DNA from: the human T2T-CHM13v2.0 reference genome, Homo sapiens | Assembly: GCF_009914755.1 (NCBI RefSeq) | Contig: NC_060927.1 | Direction: 5' to 3' (one strand) | Length of the DNA: 64,000 bases | Shown here: positions 57,939 to 64,000 of the stretch, one piece after another | Position numbering within the stretch: position 1 is the stretch's first letter | Layout of the letters: every line of letters begins with the position of its first letter | Translations under genes and position numbers: made by a program | Notes under the pieces: generated by a model | Database searches by the model: none | Told to the model about the DNA's origin: nothing | Seen by the model: the letters and a program-made list of their open reading frames with translations, nothing else

Positions 57939-58770
57939 GTTCTTGGGTTCTTGGCACCTTTGTCGAAGTTCAGTCGACTGTAGGTAGTAATATGTGGAAT
58001 TATATGAATTAATATATGGAATATAAATACTAATATATTAATATGGAAAACGGTATGCAGATTCCTCAAAAACTTAAAAAGAAAACTACAACATAATCCA
58101 GCAATTCCACTTCTGGTTATATAACCGAAGAAAATGAAATTAATATGTCAAAGCAACCTCTACACTCCCATGTTAATTGCAGACATATTCACAATAGCTA
58201 AGATATAGCACCAATCTAATTATCCATCAGCAAACAGATTATTAATGTAATATATAGAGAGACACTAATTTGCTTTAAAAAAGAGGGAAGTCCTGACCTT
58301 GGAGACAATATAGATGAATTTGGAAAACATTATGCCCAGTGAGATAAACCAGTCACAGAAAAACAAATGCCACATAATCTCATTTATGTGTCAAATCTAG
58401 AAAAGTTAAACTTATAAAAGCAGGGAGTAGAATGGTGATTACTAGGAGCAGTAGGGTAAGGGAGATTGGGAGGATGCAGTCAAATAATACAATATTTTGG
58501 TTAAACAGGAGGAATAAGTTCAGGAGATCTATTGTACAGCATAGTGATTGTAGTTAATAACAATGTATTATAAAGCTAAAAATTGCTTAAAGTAGATTTT
58601 GAATGTTTTGCCCACCAAAAAAGGATAAGTATGTGAGCTAATAAATATGTTAATTAGCTTGATTTAGCCATTCCACAATGTATACATATATCAAAACATC
58701 ATACTGTACACCATGAATGTATAAATTTAGTCAATTAGAAAAATTAAAAAAATCAAAGTAAAACAAAAAC
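57939..58770 (+). mobile_element. L1MA 3' end with an inverted 5' ORF2 fragment
   Basis: Sense L1MA from ~58041 to an A-rich tail at ~58770; antisense piece ~57939-58003 encodes YSRLNFDKGAKN, an L1 ORF2 motif. Confidence 0.8.
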
Positions 58771-59371
58771 CTATAGGATTGTCACAAATGTTGACTTAAC
58801 GGCTCACTGAAGATTTCACTTATAATCAAACTTACTATTAGAAAAATCTTAAATTCAATTAAAATACAACTTTTAAAAAAATCAGCAAATGTCAAGAGTA
58901 AGCCTGACTGTTCTGTTTGCATGCAGTTTTTTAAGTGAGGAGTTACACAACTCGCATAATTGCAGGTGAATCAAAATAGGTAACTGAAAATTATATATAG
59001 TGTCTTAATGTTGAAGTGAAGCTGAAGAGTTTATAACTATCATAGTAATCTTCCCTCTGCTTTGTTTTCCACCTCTACTCTTTATAGTAATCTGAGCCTT
59101 TTTTTTAAATAGTTCTCAAAAATAATGGACACAGAGCTATAAATGTATATCCTTCTTGAAGTCCTTAAAAATTCTATAAAAATCATTCCTATGACCCTGC
59201 TGACGTTAGTATATACAGCTTTCAAGCTACATACCAACCCTATTCTCAATTTTTCTGTTTTGGCTTTTATACTTTCCTTCATGGACCAACACCCGCTGTA
59301 TGATTAGAGCTGAACTTTTTCAAAAGACTAGTTTCACAAAAGCATAGAAAGCTTCCACTGTCTCAGATGCT

Positions 59372-59746
59372 TTTCCCTTTAGGTCCCTCCTACTGGTGAT
59401 ATGTATACACACATATGATATATTTTTCCTCTATATAGATCATATATTATTTTCCTGTATATATATACACACACACATATCAGATATATTTTCCTGTATA
59501 TTTATATATCATATATTCTTTTCATCTCTATATATATCTATATCCATATCCATAGATATAGATATAGACAGATATATTCTTTCCTCTCTCTATACATTTT
59601 AGTCAAGATAAACAGAAACAGTTCTTCTGCCAGAAAAACAGCCTTTCCTCATAGATAGATAAATATAGATATAGATATGCATAGATATACATATAGATAG
59701 ATATAGATATAGATCACCAATAGGAGAGACCTAAGGGGAAATTTAT

Positions 59747-59783
<37 letters not shown>

Positions 59784-59850
59784 CACACACACATATATAT
59801 GGGGAAATTATATATATATATAATATAAAGACATATATATATGTCTTTAT
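59372..59850. repeat. Complex AT-rich array with inverted arms, a 49-bp insert and a palindrome
   Basis: Inverted 29-mers 59372-59400 / 59713-59741 (26/29); degenerate atatattttcct units; insert 59593-59641; (CA)n/(TA)n; perfect 26-bp palindrome 59825-59850. Confidence 0.9.
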
Positions 59851-60529
59851 TATGCCTGTTTTCCTTTTTTTCTCTATTGACTCCTATCATCCTATCATCT
59901 TCATCAAGGCTATCGAAATTCTTTCTTGTTTATGAAAATCAAAATAAAAGGAGCACCTGCCTTATTGATATTTTTTCTGCATGGTTCTAACAACTTCTTA
60001 AAAGATGGCCAGAAGTATTATCAGTCACAAGAAGGAGGTTGGAGATGAAAGAATTCCTATGGCCTTAGGGGACAGGATTTCAAGAGCTGGGTGCTAAATT
60101 TTAAAAACATGTCGTACCCACAACTGTTCTTAACAGTGCTTCTGTGGGTTTGTGTGATGACGACACTAAAAATGCCATATTACATTGTTCTTATACAAGT
60201 GGGTCTCAATAACAGACATATAGTATGAGGGTGGGTAGATATATTATGTCTCTAATAATATTATCTAACCATCACTCTTTGCAAACTTACATCAACCTTG
60301 TTCTGATTACATGTCATATATCGAGGTTATGGGTTATCATTTCTGTCTCCTATTGGGGTGGAATCTCCAAAAGAGCAGGAGTTGTGTCTTTTTAATCTCT
60401 CCATCCGCTCCCCTGTAGTTCACTTACTTGCATATTTTCAGTGTCTTTTTCTGGCTCAATATACAATGTTTGCATCAAGACTAATGCTTGCTGCACTTCA
60501 TTGGGGAGAAAGAAATTTAGGTTTAGAAT

Positions 60530-61070
60530 GAGTTTCACAACTTTAAATGGTTCCCTGTTGACCAAAAGTAAAATCCAAACTCCTTACCATGACATGGAAA
60601 GCATCTGAGGCTCTTGATAGTTTTTAGTTTTATAGTCTCACTCACTTTTCAATTACATTAGGGGTACTCAATAATACTTCTTAGTTGCTTTCACTTCACA
60701 TCTTTTATTTTTGCCTAAAATGCCCATTTTGTTTTTCTCTGCTTGATTAATACTTAATCCACTTTTCCTTCCTAACTTAAATAAAAAATTACCTTACCTC
60801 TGAGAGCTCTCCTGACACCTGCCCAAAATAGTATGTACTCCCGTTTTTAATACATTTTGAATGAGGCTTTATCACTTTTAGCTTTTATCACATTTTATGA
60901 TAATTGCTTGTATATTTCCATGTCTCCTTCATGGCACACACTGTCTTGCAAACACACACACTTGGTTGTAAGTGCTACCAAGGTAAATATTATATAGTAT
61001 TTTGTTCTGCAGTTTCTTTACTTTGCACAAAGCCTGGAAAATGGTCAAAAAATGCATTTGAATAAAATTA
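60530..61070 (+). mobile_element. L2 fragment
   Basis: aaatggttccc...taaaatccaaactccttaccatgac...gcacaaagcctggaaaatggt...tttgaata. Confidence 0.6.
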
Positions 61071-61084
61071 CAAAGCAATTATTT

Positions 61085-61250
61085 TCAAGTTAGCACTTAC
61101 TCTGCCTTTTACAATTGTATGCAATTAGAGAAGTCACTTAACCCCTCTGAACTTCAGTTTCCTCACCTGCAAAAAGGAGGGAAAAATGCTTTATTTCATA
61201 TGATTGCTGTAAATATTAAATTAAATGTTTTGTGTAGAACACCTTGGGGA
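61085..61250 (+). mobile_element. MIR
   Basis: aagtcacttaacccctctgaacttcagtttcctcacctgcaaaa. Confidence 0.75.
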
Positions 61251-63445
61251 TTTCTTTAAAGTGTATTATGGGAACTATTAATATTATTAATATAAAACTA
61301 GAGGTGCTTAATAAAATGATGCTGGATGTTACAGTTTCTTTGAACTACAAGAATGAGTGAGAATAAAGGAATCAGCTTAATCTTAGTAATTAAGTTATAT
61401 GGGACAATAAAATGTGCTCTCAATGAGCTTTTTGTTTTAGAAGACTGCAGCAAAAAGAGAATTTTTTAAAATGTTCTTAAAAAGTAGGATTATTTCAAGA
61501 CACAATTGTATTTTTCCCACATGCTATAATGAAAACCATATTAGGTGTTTCAGTAATACTTTATCAGGGGATTTGTTTACACTCATTGGGTTTAAAATCT
61601 GACTACACTAATTTCATTAGCATCTTATTTTTGCTTGGCTCATTTAATGTTATCCAAACACTGTATTTGAAATCAGTCTCCTGAGATATATGTTTCCCCT
61701 TGAAGTTAAACTTACTTTAATGCTTGCACAGGGGATCAAGCATGGACACAGTAGATATTCAATGAGTATGAAAAACTGCAGTAGAGCATGAAGCAAAGAA
61801 TGAGCCCCTGCTTATATAAATGCTTTCATTCCAAATTCAGGTGTCTATAATGTAAGGGAGCTTTCATCAGGCACCCCCTCATATTCATTATCACATGGCA
61901 GAAACACAGCAAATTGGGGGAGGGCACCCGAGTCAGAAAACCAAACACCGATTTGAGTTCATTTACTGATCTATTTACTGATTACATCTAAGGAGACTGG
62001 GAGCTTTATGCTTGTGAGGACTCCATAGGAGCTATCTCATGTAGGAGTTACCTGGGCTGAAGAAGAACTTGGTAATTTGTTCCATGTCCTCGATCACCAC
62101 TTGGAGATGGGACTGGGACTGACTAGTTTCATGGCTCTTGGTTGGCCCCACTTTGTACACACAGTATCAGCATAGTCAACATGCCCTGAGGCACATAGAT
62201 CTTGACTCAAGCCCACTTTGTTAAGAGTCAAAGAGGGCTTTATTTGTTTAATGATTTTCCAGGGTAGTTAATGTTCCAAGGGTCTTTAGGTTGAAAAAAA
62301 AAAAGGAGCATTTTAGTATTTTGTTTGACTGTGATAATTTACAATTCATTGGGAAAGTGGTAAAACATCTCAGAAGAACTGGCTTCACTTTCTTACAAGA
62401 CTCCTACAAGAAGATGAAAGTCTATGGTTTACACAAATATTGATCCATGTGTACTCCTCAGAGATTCTACAATGACTTTGACATCGATCTTTTTTTGCTG
62501 ACACTACTGTATCATGCACTCACCAAATCAACTTTAGCACTACATTACCTAACTGCTGTCTTCTGAAATCGAGGTAACTAGGTAGCTTATAGAATTAGCA
62601 GTCTAATCTCTTGCTACATATTTTAAAAACTATTTATTTGCATCTATAGCTATAAAAGTACTTTAAAACACTTACAGTGTTTGTGTTGCCTTTACTCAAT
62701 GTTGGATAATATTAGTTTTTTCCTTCATGGGTTTCAACCTTTACTATTTGGAGAAACATTGATTTTTTTCTCTCTCTCTATGGTTTTAATATAGTACAAG
62801 TCAGCATGGTTTTATTTATGCTGTGTCTTAGGCCAAATGCCATCAAATATGTCAACTGCCTCTGGGAACATTAGACTTTAGGGCTGCCTCTGCTGTATAA
62901 GTAGTCAAGGAGTAGAAAACAATAAGTAGTGTAAGTTCAGTCCAGACATGAATCAAGTGTCTTTCATCAGTTCCACCCTCCTCTGCCCAAATTACAGAAG
63001 AAAGTTAAGTAAATGAGACCTGAATCTTGACTAGGTTGATTTAGGATGCTCTGCTTGGGTTAAATCTTGCCTGTTCTATTCCTGAGTTTCTACTAGATCT
63101 TAATCAGAAAGACCAGACACTAAACAGCTTGATGAGTTGGGATACAGGGCATGCAATTTGATAGCGGTTGTGTGATTTGTGGCTAAGCTCCTTTCTCAAT
63201 GGCCAAGTACTATGACTGATGTAGATTGAATAACTTTTCAATGTAGTAATTCAAACTATTGAATAGACTGAGTATTGTGCAGTATTTTAAAAAGGTAACT
63301 ATTCAGATCACTTACTTGTAAGACATTTTTTAAAAAAGAAATAGCATCTGTGGAGTAAAGCCACATGAGACGGCTTTTTTAAAAAATTAAAAATAATAAA
63401 AAAGAAAAATATTAATAACGCTTATATAGTTGAGTAATACAATAG

Positions 63446-63713
<268 letters not shown>

Positions 63714-64000
63714 TAGTGATACTGTTTGGAGTCAATTCACAACCACAGCATCACTATTTATAGTACATCTCTGTGCCCTGAAGATAATGGGACAATGAAC
63801 TAAACAAGTCTTTGCCAATGCATTGACATTTGACTTATAGTCACACATATGTTGAATGATATTTCTTTCAGAAGAAATGTTTAAAAATTTTTATTTCAAG
63901 TAGTATGAATAGATGGAAAATGGAAAGATCTTCATTTAGGGAAAACATGTTTATAGCATTAATAAAATCAGCAATGTCCGCACTTCCACTGATGTTAATA

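Overview
AT-rich, CpG-poor primate genomic DNA, almost certainly human because it contains near-consensus AluYa5-lineage elements. It is intronic or intergenic: I recognise no protein-coding exon, CpG island or structural RNA gene, and I cannot name the locus. Most of the window is a mosaic of transposable elements: Alus, L1PA/L1MA/L1MC/L1ME, L2, L3, L4, MIR, MaLR/ERV LTRs, hAT and Tigger fragments, a MADE1 MITE and a near-full-length Hsmar1. Subfamily names come from my memory of consensus sequences, and boundaries of old elements are approximate. Five structures stand out. (1) A ~110-bp inverted repeat that I cannot assign to any TE (877-984 / 2753-2867, 91/108 identity) brackets 1.77 kb of unique, motif-rich sequence. 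(2) A TSD-bounded L1PA insertion carries a 3' transduction (16714-17166). (3) An exact 49-bp copy of 50918-50966 sits at 59593-59641, inside an AT-rich array framed by 29-bp inverted arms, resembling a template-switch repair scar. (4) A triple nest: LTR > Hsmar1 > MER61-like LTR. (5) Two very young AluYa5-lineage insertions lie in inverted orientation 5.4 kb apart.
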